Assembly: GCA_009859145.1 (NCBI GenBank)
Contig: VRVR01000012.1
Location: 310,001 to 374,000, forward strand
Source of the DNA: Andalucia godoyi And28
Lineage: Eukaryota > Protista > Jakobida
Length of the DNA stretch: 64,000 bases
Direction of reading: 5' to 3'
Below, piece by piece: positions 53,423-64,000 of the stretch. A program made the translations under genes and the position numbers. The stretch's first letter is position 1; each line of letters opens with the position of its first letter. The notes under the pieces are model-generated. The model had not been told where the DNA came from. It did no database searches and saw only the letters and a list, made by a program, of their open reading frames with translations.

Positions 53423-55804
53423 ATGGAGAAAAAACAGGCTCTTGTGTACGAAGTACAAAGCCTTGGATCGGCACCTCTTGAGCCCAAGGTTGGGGCGTCT
53501 GCCGTTGTGTATCGAGACTCCAAAGTGGTGCTGTATGGGGGATCGCATTCGTCGAATGGGTATTCCGTCGCAGTCTTTGATTCCGATACGGGCGGATGGG
53601 AACGGTGTAGAACGAAGGGAACTCCCCCTGCTAAGCGCTCAGGCCACTCCGCAGTCGTCTATCACAATCGAATGGTATGCATTTTTCCCCTCCTCCTAGT
53701 GTTTGTTTTTCTGTCACGCCTTTGCTGAACACGTATCCACGCGCATTCAGTGCTTACTTGTGTGCTTTCTGTCTCTCTGGCTGTCTGTCTGTCTGTGGGT
53801 TAGTTCGTGTTTGGGGGACGAATGAAGGTGTTCAGAGATGAATTGTTTCTGAACGATGTCCACGTGTTTGATTTCAAAGACTTTGAGTGGACGAGACTCA
53901 AAGCATCGGGCAAGACGCCGTTTCCGCGGTTTGCACACTCTGCATGCCTGGTCGGGGCAAAGATGTTTGTGTTTGGAGGAGGAGATGGCACGTCGCTTTT
54001 CAACGATATGAGTTCGCTGGATCTGGAATCGTTCCAGTTCGAGCAGATCCATCCGCAGCATCTCTCCACCTCAATTCCTCTGCATCACCAAATTCCAGAA
54101 GCTCGTCGATGGCACACGATGTTTGCCACAAAGATGTTGGTTGATGGAGAGAGTCAAGATTTTATGGTCTTGTTTGGAGGCCAGAATGCGTCGGGAAAAG
54201 CGCTGAACGATCTGTGGTTGTTTGATGTGCTGCAACGGCGCTGGTCAACGGGGTTTGTGAGTCCGGAGAGCTCGTGGCCGTCTGCGAGGTTCGCACACAC
54301 GCTGACGTACGTCGAACCATTCAGACGAGCGTTTCTTTTCGGCGGATGCGACAATTCCCAAAGCTTGTCGGATTTCTGGTCCATTTCTCTTCCGCAGGCC
54401 GCTGAAGGCGATTTTGGGTGGTCTTGTATTGACTTGCACAGCGAAAAGAAGACGAGAATCGTCGGGCGTCAGGAGCATTGTGCCGCGTGCATTTCTTCGA
54501 AACGCAATTCCACAGATGCGTCGCTTTGCCTACTGTTCGGATGTGCGTTTTCGGGCGAAGCTATCATGTCAGTAATTGGCATTCAGTTGCCAAGCTTTTC
54601 AGTGATTGCACAACTCGCAGTTCCCTCCTCTTCCTCACCCTCTGCTTCTCGTTCGCCGAGTCCCAGCATAAGATCTGTGACCTCCTCGCAGTCGTCTTCT
54701 CCTAATTACGGAGGCGATGCCGGCGCTATCAATCAGTCCGGCTCCACTGCAAGTCTTCTTGACCAAAGCCTTGAATTGGATTCCTTCCGTCTCGAGCTTC
54801 AGGAGTTGAACAGTCGCGTAGAGGGCGGCATTTCCGTTATTATGGGCATGCTGAAAAAGTTGGAGGGCCGAATGGGAATCGTCGAGTCCCGGCTGTCTGC
54901 CTTTGAAGAGTGTCGTTCGGTTTCTAGCGATTACAATAAGAATCATAACAACATCAATAGTAGTAGTGGTAGCAGCAGTAGTAGTGTCAGTGGTAGTCGT
55001 CAGTCAAATCAGAGGATTGATGCAGTCGTCGACAATGGGGGTAGGACGCAGAATGCTGGAAATGCTGCTTCTGCCCGGAAGGATGAGAGCCAGACGCAGT
55101 CTCCGGCTCCGGCTCACCGCTCACCCTCGCCAGCTCAACCACCGTCACCACCACGGTCACCACCACGATCACCACCACGATCACTGCTGATGAAGCCTGC
55201 CCCCGAGGAGACGTCGAGATGGCCTGATGGTGAAGGTGCCGCCAAACCGTCTGGTCAATCAGGTTCTGCCACGCAGGAGCAGTCCGAGATTTCCGTCGAG
55301 GAAAGCGGTTTCGAGGACGAAGATGAGAGTGTGATGGATTTGCAGCGAGAGCGAACCGTGCTTGCACTACGAATCATCAGTGCAGAAGAGCAATTTTCGA
55401 CATTGCGGCTGGCGACTTCTCGAGAACATCCTTCGGTTTCGATATCGTTTGCGTGCATCGGGTTGCTGTTTGTCACAGGACAGTACGGCGCCGCTGGCGC
55501 ATCGTCCTCGGACATCATACATTCTCTTCATGACTTCAGTGACGGACTACGGCGCTTTGCCACGCTTTCCGTGGATCCGTCGCATGCTCTTGATCCGTTT
55601 CCATTTTGCAAGGGACTCCTCAAAGAGATGGAAAAGCTTCCAGACCCCAACGATTTTGTTGAATTTCTGAGCAAGAACAGCAGCAAAGCTGGTGACAAGA
55701 CGATATTTTCTCGCCTACCTCCTGATTCGTCCACCTCGACCACAAGTTCTTCAGTGCGGTACGTGTTGAAAAAGAATTTGCTGGCACTGCTCTCGGACAT
55801 GTGA
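53423..55804 (+). CDS. Kelch-repeat beta-propeller protein with coiled-coil/low-complexity C-terminus; join(53423..53674,53804..55804)
   Basis: Kelch repeats RSGHSA..FVFGG, RFAHSA..FVFGG, RRWHT..LFGG, RFAHT..LFGG; the GTATGC...TTAG intron restores MFVFGG. Confidence 0.88.
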
Positions 55805-55863
55805 TGTGAGTAAAATAGTCTTATTGTTGTTATCAGCATCATGAAGAATCTCAATTTGGATAA

Positions 55864-58800
55864 TCAATCAGCGTGCTTTCTGTTTTTCTGATATTCAGCC
55901 AGAGATACCAGCTCCGGACGCAGGCAAGATGCTGTGTGCGAGCCCATCTGCGCAGAACCATTCAGATCCGTCACTCTCACTGCCCTTTGGTCGTGAGGCT
56001 TCTGGCGACTGGGAGAAGGGCTTCGAGTTCGTTTAGGACTCTGGCCTCTCGACTTCCGATCGCGCAATGTTCGAGCCAGCACATAATATTGATACGGCGT
56101 TTTCATGGACTCCAGGCAATGAATTTTCCGGAGAGCATTCGGTTTTCGGGTTCTTTGAATTGCATCCGACCACGCCTGATCCATGTCTGCTTCCCCGTCT
56201 GCATCATTTTTAGCACCGACAGCTTCGGAGGTCCGATAAACACTATCCACTGCAGGAACCGGCGCTCGTTCGCTTGATCTCACTGGAGCCGAAGCACTCT
56301 CCTGTTCTGCGTGCAGCCGAGTTCGCGGTGGGCTCGGAGACCGAGGGGGTGGCAATTGCATGGATGTTCCATGAACAACCTCTGTCATTTCCTTGTCTTT
56401 TTTGTCTCGTGGTACGAAAACAGGCAGAGCCTGCCTTTTTCGTGGACCGTCACTTGTTTTCGGACGGGAACCACCTTCCGATGAATGTACAATGACGAGG
56501 CCTTCGATCGGTTTCCGTATTGCAGTCGCAGCCTCCCGTTCTTCCAAGGATCTTCTTGCACATCCCAAGCTCGTCTTGGGTCGACTGCCTCGAAGATCAG
56601 AAGCGCCATCTTCGATCCGCTGCTGAGAAACTGCGACAGTCAGAACGGCGGTTGCGTGATCCTGCGCGGTTTCTTGGCAGCCAGGATTCTCGCACCCACT
56701 TCGAAGCTGGTTCGACCATGCTCTAGGACGGTACTCGGGAAGCGACTGCGGTGGCCGTTGCACGGTGGTCTCTGCTGTTGCTACAGAGGAGGATCCACCA
56801 CTGACAGCGGGCTCGTGAGCGCCACTTTGCAATGTTGAATCTGCAATTGTAGGGACGAGCACACTCGGAGGCATGCTCACAATTACCGCATTCGGAGAGG
56901 ATGCCGCAGGGATTTGCGCGCCTGGGGAGCTGCGGGGTCGTGACTTTTTTTGTTGCGTAGACGGCAATGCGGAGGTGCCATCTGATGGATCCGGTGGGCA
57001 CACTTGTGAGTGCACAAGGGATGTCTGGGGCGGTAGCACGAGGAACTTCGATTGGGGATCGCGGAAACTGGGCATGCAGGAAATGCCATCACGATGCGAT
57101 GACGGCCGCTGGGGTGATTGCACCAGTGAGCCGCCATCATGTTGTGTTGCCTTCCGATGCGAGTTTGGATCTGACATCTCGTCCCAGCAGTTTTCCTGAA
57201 CGCTGCGCACACTGCACTCATTGCTTGCAATTACTGTGGCAGTTTTTCTGAAACGAACGCTGGCTTCGACTTTGGCGTCATTCTCCGGAGGCAGATCACT
57301 GCTTTCACAGAATTCTTCTGTGTTCACGGAGCCGCTGCTGACATCCTCTCCGTCTAACAGTGAAGCAGGCTCCGCAAGCTTGACGGATTTCCAGCTGACT
57401 TGCTTTGCAATACTGTGTTCCATGTCAACGGTATCACAGCCAGCTGCTCCCCGAAGCGCAGATGGGGATTTTCGCAGAACAGGTTTTGTTTCGTTGTTGT
57501 TGAGCGTGTCTTCTGCGTACTCTTCGCGTTCCCAGTCTGCGGTTTTCGCTTGACCTGAATCATCAGGGAAGGATATGTTCACTTTTGGGAGCTCCATTTC
57601 AAAGCGCACTCCCTTCCTGCTAATGATATACGAATCCGGCGTCCGCTGACTGCGTGATTCGTTTTGGACGGACTTCCAATCTCGAAGGTCATCAAGGTCG
57701 TCATCGCCGTCTGCAGAAGCTCTTCCGTGGCCATTTTTTTGTCTCCCGTGAGGCGGTCCGTCACGTTCGTCGGACTGCTCGATTTGTCTTGTCGTGCGAA
57801 CAGCATCGGAAGCGTGTCGGGATTTCCGGGATCGAACGACTGTCGGAGCAGCAGTCTCCGTTACGTTGCTTGATGAAACCTGGCTGACAAAGTAGTCGAC
57901 AGCATCTTCCACCGGCACCACTCTTTTCGAGTCTCCAAAAAGCGCTCCTCTTGCAATTCTCTCTTGCGTCTTCCTCGTGCGAGAGATGCTGAAGACCTTT
58001 TCGAACAGCGTGTCGAGGAATTCCACGTACTGGCTACCACTGATTCCATCCACCCAAATATCTGTCAACTCAAACATGGACTGGTAGAGCGCCTCGTAGT
58101 CCATGTAGCCTTTTCCTCCCGAATCGGACTCCCAGTCCTCATTTCCAAGGGCCAGCAGTTTGCGCTTTGATTTCCCGGGCAACAACTCTTTGTAAATCGG
58201 AATTGCTAAATAGGATACATACTCGTGCTGCGTCAGCTTGTCCGCAGAGGACATTCCGTCATGACAGAGAGACTTCCCGAGCGCCAACCACCATTCATTA
58301 ATGGAGAGTCTGACTTGCGAATGAGATTTGATAATGTCTCGCGATCGCAGCGCATCGTTCGTGTAGAAGTCCAAGTTCCCCTGCTTTGTGATGTCGACAT
58401 TTTGAGCTTCGGTGGGTTCATCGACCTCCAAAACCACGCTCTCTGACTGCAGAATTGCTTCTACAGCGTTCCGCATCTCCTCCATCCTTCGCCTCCTCAG
58501 CTTATGCTTGACTCCGCCAACCCATTTGGCAATCCTGAAAACAGCGCCAGCAGAGAAGCTTTCCTCCCGAGAAGCTCGCAAGAGTGGATGCTCCGCACCG
58601 TGAAACCCAATGTCGGCAACTGATGTTCTGCGATTACTACGAACCTTTGTCAGCAGTCGCAACTTGTCACTTTTCAACCTGTGATCGTCCCCCATCGCTT
58701 GGCCCCACTCGGCAGCCTCTTGCGTATGAAGCGCTTTTTTAAACTGTTCTTTGGCAGAGCGCAGGGTCGCCCTTGTGGTTGTCGTTGCATCGATTAGTGC

Positions 58801-59220
58801 CCATGCGGTTGTTCCACTCACGCCTGCAGCCCGAGTACCGCCCACATCCCCGCTCCAGCCCCGAGTCCCGGTCCAATTTCCTCTTTCTGGTGGTATCTCG
58901 GCTGACAGCGTACCGTTTACGGTTGCAGGGTTGTTTAGCGACACTGCTGACTCTGCCGCATCGTCGTCGCCGTCCTCGTTCAGTAGGTCTTTGACGGTGT
59001 TCCGAAATGCTGACGAGCACAGTAGCAACTTCCAAGGCATCGCACCGTCTCTCTGCACTCGAAAGGACTGGGAGTAGCCCGATTTCCTGGTTAGCGGCAC
59101 TGGACTACCTGGTTGCTCACCGAAAGCATTGCTACTGGACTCATTCTGATTCGCTGAAGGAGGAGAAATTTGCTTATTCTTGCTGGGATTCACCAGCGAT
59201 TCTCGCATTAATTGGCTCAT
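55864..59220 (-). CDS. Hypothetical protein, 1118 aa, with a central EF-hand-like domain and disordered tails
   Basis: KLTQHEYVSY...EDWESDSGGKGYMDYEALYQSMFELTDIW...YVEFLDTLF. Confidence 0.75.
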   Translation of the reverse strand: MSQLMRESLVNPSKNKQISPPSANQNESSSNAFGEQPGSPVPLTRKSGYSQSFRVQRDGAMPWKLLLCSSAFRNTVKDLLNEDGDDDAAESAVSLNNPATVNGTLSAEIPPERGNWTGTRGWSGDVGGTRAAGVSGTTAWALIDATTTTRATLRSAKEQFKKALHTQEAAEWGQAMGDDHRLKSDKLRLLTKVRSNRRTSVADIGFHGAEHPLLRASREESFSAGAVFRIAKWVGGVKHKLRRRRMEEMRNAVEAILQSESVVLEVDEPTEAQNVDITKQGNLDFYTNDALRSRDIIKSHSQVRLSINEWWLALGKSLCHDGMSSADKLTQHEYVSYLAIPIYKELLPGKSKRKLLALGNEDWESDSGGKGYMDYEALYQSMFELTDIWVDGISGSQYVEFLDTLFEKVFSISRTRKTQERIARGALFGDSKRVVPVEDAVDYFVSQVSSSNVTETAAPTVVRSRKSRHASDAVRTTRQIEQSDERDGPPHGRQKNGHGRASADGDDDLDDLRDWKSVQNESRSQRTPDSYIISRKGVRFEMELPKVNISFPDDSGQAKTADWEREEYAEDTLNNNETKPVLRKSPSALRGAAGCDTVDMEHSIAKQVSWKSVKLAEPASLLDGEDVSSGSVNTEEFCESSDLPPENDAKVEASVRFRKTATVIASNECSVRSVQENCWDEMSDPNSHRKATQHDGGSLVQSPQRPSSHRDGISCMPSFRDPQSKFLVLPPQTSLVHSQVCPPDPSDGTSALPSTQQKKSRPRSSPGAQIPAASSPNAVIVSMPPSVLVPTIADSTLQSGAHEPAVSGGSSSVATAETTVQRPPQSLPEYRPRAWSNQLRSGCENPGCQETAQDHATAVLTVAVSQQRIEDGASDLRGSRPKTSLGCARRSLEEREAATAIRKPIEGLVIVHSSEGGSRPKTSDGPRKRQALPVFVPRDKKDKEMTEVVHGTSMQLPPPRSPSPPRTRLHAEQESASAPVRSSERAPVPAVDSVYRTSEAVGAKNDADGEADMDQAWSDAIQRTRKPNALRKIHCLESMKTPYQYYVLARTLRDRKSRGQSPKRTRSPSPSRQKPHDQRAVRVTDLNGSAQMGSHTASCLRPELVSLAEYQKNRKHAD

Positions 59221-59964
59221 GAGAGCGCTGGCTTTGCTTATTTGCCGCTCGCCCGTTCGTTCGCCCGTAGTGCTGCTTTTTTTTGTTCTTGCTTGGTGGT
59301 TTGAGAGGATTCACGGTTTATACTCTTCGGGGACGGGATCCGTTGACGGACCCCCTCAACTGTACCATAGAAGGCTTCCCCTCCGGCAAGCCTCTGAGCA
59401 TCGGACCCTGTTGTAGTTTGCAACACAGGGGGGACTTTGACAGACTACGGTCTTTCGGGCATCACATTCGGAGTTTGTGAACACCGTGACATCGTGACAG
59501 TGTTCGTCGCCAAGTGAGTGCTGTCGCAACGGCCACAGTGCGAGGTGGTGCAGACTGCTGAGCTCGTCTTGGAGTTCCTTTAGAAACGTCTCGTGATCCT
59601 TTCTGTAAATAGAATATTGAATTTTAAAAAAAAAACTGCGGGCCAGAGAGCTGTGCAGAGGTCGTGCCGCAAAAAAATAATAAACAATCGTCTGCTCTGA
59701 ATGACGTGCAGCGGTGAGCAGATGAAGTGTCTGTCAGAGCAGAAAAGAATCGGAAAAGGGAGAATAGAAAGAAAAACCGAAGTCTCAACGTCGAAAAACA
59801 GTGGTCCTCTTTCATTCGCAGTTTCGTTTTCTCCTCTCCGGCTTTTTTCTCTTTTGGTGCTTCCGAAGTTTGGTTTTGTCTGTTCCATCCGCCTGCGATA
59901 CACTGCAGACTCCTGAAGCCTGGCGATTTCCTCCCCTCTGAAGATAGTGTCTCGAGTGTGAAGC

Positions 59965-61611
59965 ATGGAGCCGAATGCTTGCAAAGCCTTCTGGGAGTCA
60001 GTGCAATCCAGACCTCTCGATTTGCTATTCTGGCTGAGCTGGCTCTCTCCAGATCCTAGTTTCCCAAACACGTCGAACCACGCCCATGCAACGATTTCGG
60101 ACTCCGTGCTGCTGAATAATGGAAAACCGAAAAAATGGTACTTCACAGACCACGACGGATGCTTGAGACAGAAGAAGAAGGATAATTTATCGTATCATAG
60201 AATATTGGACACATTTTCGAGATCACAAACGCATCATTTGGGGCAAGTTCATGGGGCATCTGTTCCTGTTGCTATTTTCTATCGAAGAATGGCGGATCAT
60301 GTTGTTAGTTCACAGGCTGACGCGTCTTCATCGCCGCAACAGCCGCTGCAGTCTCCCAACACGGATCTCATCCCGCCCACGCACATCCTGCCCTTCATTT
60401 CAGCATCCGATAGAAAGAAAATGAACCGGCCTCCGAAGCAGTGTTTCGGGGAAGAAGAGGCGGTGCCTGGGGAAAAAGATGTGGTTCGCATGTTTCTTCA
60501 TGCGGAGGGACTGAAGGAGTTCTGCGGGCTATGTGAAACCGGAGGCATCTCTCCCACCGGCCTTTTGGTCAAGTTTGTGCCGTGTGCATCGCAGGTGACA
60601 TGTGTACGGGTCAGTATGGTACGCGATCGTGTTGTTTCGTTGGAGTCTGTTCGGAACGTGAATGAAATTCGAGATCCCGTGTTCAGCATGCGGCAGCGGG
60701 CCTCGACGGAGTCCTGGCAGTACACCCGCCTGCTCCATCCGTCCAAGACTCTCGAGATTCAAGTTCGATTTCAAGCAGAACACCTTATGCGACACATTAT
60801 TTCGGTTGTCGAAAGCAGAACAACTGTGGGAAACCGAATTCGAAAGTCGATTCGTGCCTGTTCGTTTTATTTTCACATTGACAGTACCAGCTCACCGGTT
60901 CTTGTCTGGACCTCGCCGAATGCAATCGAGTTTGGCGACTACAATTCCATCGACAAGCAAATCAGCGTAACAGGCGCGCGAGTAGTCCAAACAACCGGCA
61001 GTTACAACAACGCAGCACCGGTGAAATCCGCACCGGAGGCGAATCGCAAGGACCGAGGCTCTGCGGCGGATCCGCCAAACGCCGCTGCTCCACCTGAGAG
61101 CACCACCGTGAACGCGCCAGCTCCCACGACTGCCGATGGCATGCAGATTCGGCCATACGTCGAGAAGCGGCCGCATCGTGATTCGCTTTCGACTGTTCAA
61201 GATGCCAAGTCTTTTAAACGTCGAACGGATGCGTTTCGATTGATGACCGATTCAGAAAAGAAGCGGTCTCGAAGAAATTTGTCTAGCGGGCAGGTCTACT
61301 ATCCACCTGGTGTGGAGCCGATGCGGGACCCTGGACCAATGTTTCCCGAGCCGTTTGTTAAGAACCATCACGCAGGCGAGTCTCCCAAAGCGATTGTTGT
61401 GAAAGAGCAACCACAGCCCAGGACTGTTCCTCGCGAGCGTGTTTCTCATTCGAAGAAGCCGCGAAAGCAGCCTTCGCCGTCAGATAACGAGGTCGATGGG
61501 TGGAATTCCCGGTCCGCATCGAGAAATCGCAGCCCGATTCTCGCAACTTACGTCAATGGCTCTTCTGCATATGTGTCTCCTGGATTTGTTCTGCCAGTTA
61601 TTCAGGCGTAG
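59965..61611 (+). CDS. Hypothetical protein, 548 aa, with an ATP-grasp-like domain related to the 32752-36723 protein
   Basis: ISDSVLL..GKPKKWYFTDHDGCL, GLLVKFVP, CSFYFHIDSTSSPVLVW. Confidence 0.75.
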   Translation: MEPNACKAFWESVQSRPLDLLFWLSWLSPDPSFPNTSNHAHATISDSVLLNNGKPKKWYFTDHDGCLRQKKKDNLSYHRILDTFSRSQTHHLGQVHGASVPVAIFYRRMADHVVSSQADASSSPQQPLQSPNTDLIPPTHILPFISASDRKKMNRPPKQCFGEEEAVPGEKDVVRMFLHAEGLKEFCGLCETGGISPTGLLVKFVPCASQVTCVRVSMVRDRVVSLESVRNVNEIRDPVFSMRQRASTESWQYTRLLHPSKTLEIQVRFQAEHLMRHIISVVESRTTVGNRIRKSIRACSFYFHIDSTSSPVLVWTSPNAIEFGDYNSIDKQISVTGARVVQTTGSYNNAAPVKSAPEANRKDRGSAADPPNAAAPPESTTVNAPAPTTADGMQIRPYVEKRPHRDSLSTVQDAKSFKRRTDAFRLMTDSEKKRSRRNLSSGQVYYPPGVEPMRDPGPMFPEPFVKNHHAGESPKAIVVKEQPQPRTVPRERVSHSKKPRKQPSPSDNEVDGWNSRSASRNRSPILATYVNGSSAYVSPGFVLPVIQA

Positions 61612-61772
61612 GGGTCCAATTTTGTTTACTGTTTATCTTTGTATTTCATTTTATTTTTTTCCCTCCGCATTCTGTCGTGTTTCTGTTCTGTCGAGCCCAC
61701 CTACTTACATACAAACATACGTACAAACACACATACATACATACATACTGTTCGTTCGCTCATTATCACGCT

Positions 61773-63548
61773 TTACGGATCTATACCTGCATTCAACACT
61801 GAATCAGCATTGTCTGGCTCGCTCACAATCTTTCTTCGTTTGGAGGGTCGCGAAACCATCGGTGGTATCGCCGAATTTCGTGCCAGCAGCACGGTACTCA
61901 TTGGTTGCGGCAGCTTCAGAAAATCCTCGCCTACCGACATGACAACTGTCTCTAGCATTTTTGCCCAGCGGTTGCTGAATGACTTGCTTTCTGGCCAACA
62001 GACCCCCGACTTTGCAGCGGCGTAAGCATCCTTCATGCACGACAGGTTTGCTTTCGATACAACGTCGTGATCGACACACGGCGAAGGGTAATCTTGGCCA
62101 ATAATGCACTTCGCCTTTATCTGCACGTCCAAAGGTGCCTTCCAGGGCTCGTAGATGTACTGCGGAGGAAAGCCAGCAAGACATGGAAGAAAGTGCTTCA
62201 CATATCTACCGTCAGGATCCGTCTTTTTCGGAAATGCGATGGGCGAATATACACGGAAATACTGGTGAAAAAATGCAGAAGCTGAAAGCCACAGCCAGTT
62301 CCCGTTATTCAGCGCCCAGTCCGCATCCACCAAGTACTTGTCAAAAACATCACGGCCAGCTTCCCATGAGCAGAAAAGCTGGCCTCGAGTCAAGAAGCAG
62401 GCAACTGCGTGTCGAGTAAGATGGTGCATCCAACCCTCTTCGCGCAGCTGCGTCATGGCCGCATCAATCCAAGGATATCCGGTTTCTGCATTCTCCCATT
62501 TGCGAACCAATTCGGTTTCTGCGTCGGAAGCTGACGGTTGCAGATGGCTTCCCTGCGCTCCTGAATACCGCTTCCAGGGGATCTGCAAGCACAACTGATT
62601 GTGCTGCATGGAATCAAAGCCCGGGGAACATCCCCAGGAAACCATGTAGAAGAATTCTCTCCAGAGTAGTTGGCCATCAAGAGAAACGGGTGGCCTCGAG
62701 GTCTTCACATGCTTTGGAGCCTTCTCGATTGCCTTTTGGATCTGATGATACAGCAGTCGCGAAGACAAGCACCCAAACTTCAGATACGGCGACAGCTGGG
62801 TTGTCGACGCTGGACCGAAATCCGTTGGTGCAGTGCGAGGCTTTTCAAAAGTCCAGATATCCCTAACCCGTTCATCTACCCACTTCGTCATGATTTCCAG
62901 TCCCTTTGACTCGCCTCCTGAGAACGGAAAAGACGAGCAGTTGCCGTTCTTTTTGAATTCAGCTTCCAACAAATCAGTTCCTTTGTGAAGTGACGAGAAA
63001 TAGCTCATGTCATACGACGGCACTCGCTGAGGCTGGTTGAGCGGTAGCAGCGGGCCCCGAGGAGCGAACTTGGACATGGCGTTGAGGAACGTCTGGTACG
63101 TTTTCGGAGGAGAGCCGTCGTTGGCATGGATGATGTCGTCCGGGTCGAACAGTGTATGGCTTGTTGGCACATACATCTTCACTGATTTCGAGTGCTGATA
63201 AACGGACTGAAGAATCGCCTCGTCCCGGTCCATCGCATACGGTTCCGTATCTCGTTCAAAGCACAGCTTACAAATACCGAGATCGCGAACGAGTTTCGGA
63301 ATCAAGTCAACTGGGTTTCCATGCAGCACAATTAATCGAGACTGGAATTTCTGGTGCAACTGGCGATCAAGATCCACGAGAGCTTCATGCAGAAACTTCA
63401 AACGCACAGGCCCAACTCGTCCGGATTTCACAAACCATGGATCCAGTACAAACACCGGAAATACTTCGTCGGCGCCGTCAGCGGCATAGATTAAAGCAGG
63501 ATTATCGTGCAGTCGAAGACATTTCCGAAACCACAACAAAGATCTCAT
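61773..63548 (-). CDS. UVR3: (6-4) photolyase / cryptochrome-photolyase family
   Basis: WFRKCLRLHDNPAL, TTQLSPYLKFGCLS, LLWREFF, GWMHHLTRHAVACFLTRG, DADWALNNGNWLWLS, FRVYSP; ATG at 63548. Confidence 0.95.
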   Translation of the reverse strand: MRSLLWFRKCLRLHDNPALIYAADGADEVFPVFVLDPWFVKSGRVGPVRLKFLHEALVDLDRQLHQKFQSRLIVLHGNPVDLIPKLVRDLGICKLCFERDTEPYAMDRDEAILQSVYQHSKSVKMYVPTSHTLFDPDDIIHANDGSPPKTYQTFLNAMSKFAPRGPLLPLNQPQRVPSYDMSYFSSLHKGTDLLEAEFKKNGNCSSFPFSGGESKGLEIMTKWVDERVRDIWTFEKPRTAPTDFGPASTTQLSPYLKFGCLSSRLLYHQIQKAIEKAPKHVKTSRPPVSLDGQLLWREFFYMVSWGCSPGFDSMQHNQLCLQIPWKRYSGAQGSHLQPSASDAETELVRKWENAETGYPWIDAAMTQLREEGWMHHLTRHAVACFLTRGQLFCSWEAGRDVFDKYLVDADWALNNGNWLWLSASAFFHQYFRVYSPIAFPKKTDPDGRYVKHFLPCLAGFPPQYIYEPWKAPLDVQIKAKCIIGQDYPSPCVDHDVVSKANLSCMKDAYAAAKSGVCWPESKSFSNRWAKMLETVVMSVGEDFLKLPQPMSTVLLARNSAIPPMVSRPSKRRKIVSEPDNADSVLNAGIDP

Positions 63549-64000
63549 CCTAGTCAACCCTCTACTTTCATCAAGATTCTGTACTTTGATGTCCGTCGGA
63601 GAATGAACGCAAGAAGAAAATGGAAATAATGAATGAAATGAGCGAGAGTGAGTGTGAGAGAGAAATTTAAGGTTATAGAGAGAAAGAGAAGGAGAAAGAG
63701 AGAGAGAAGAGATGATGCGAAAACGAGGAAAAATGGATTCGCGACGTTTATGCCTTTGCCGGAAAACGCAAACAGAATTGCCGATTCCGCCGTCAATTCC
63801 GCACGTTACAAAAAGGCATTAGGGCACCACCGGGGGGAGGGGGGACTGTGCAGCACGCACGGCGGCACGGCATGCTGGCTTGGGTTCTGTAGAAGACGTG
63901 CGGCCACACAAGAATTGAATGGTCGGCTAGTGTGCATTTTCACGTCGCGTCTGTACCTGCGGCAATCGAGCAACAGAACAGATGCGGAACAAAAAAAAAT

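Overview
This is eukaryotic nuclear DNA from a compact, intron-poor genome using the standard code. Coding GC is roughly 50%, spacers are short and AT-rich, and only a few GT-AG introns are inferred. The organism is a flagellated protist with aerobic mitochondria; a jakobid/Andalucia-like identity is only a guess. About 28 protein-coding genes are supported. Recognisable ones: site-1 protease, mitochondrial phosphate carrier, Oxa1/Cox18-family insertase, a kinesin, a fungal-type GPAT, eIF5A, a Rab32/38-type GTPase, DNAAF3, an LRR protein, COG6, a C45/acid-ceramidase-like hydrolase, BCKDH E1-beta, a kelch protein, a LicD protein, two twin-CX9C proteins and a (6-4) photolyase. No rRNA, tRNA or CRISPR array was recognised. 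The standout feature is a ~645-bp element at 44166-44809 (minus strand). It encodes an internally deleted TnpB/Fanzor2-type protein in which the N-terminal helix-turn motif is fused in frame to the C-terminal zinc finger, with RuvC-I/II lost. It is bracketed by a perfect 13-bp direct repeat with a central GG and carries hairpins near both ends. This fits a non-autonomous Fanzor/OMEGA derivative that may still supply an omegaRNA guide.
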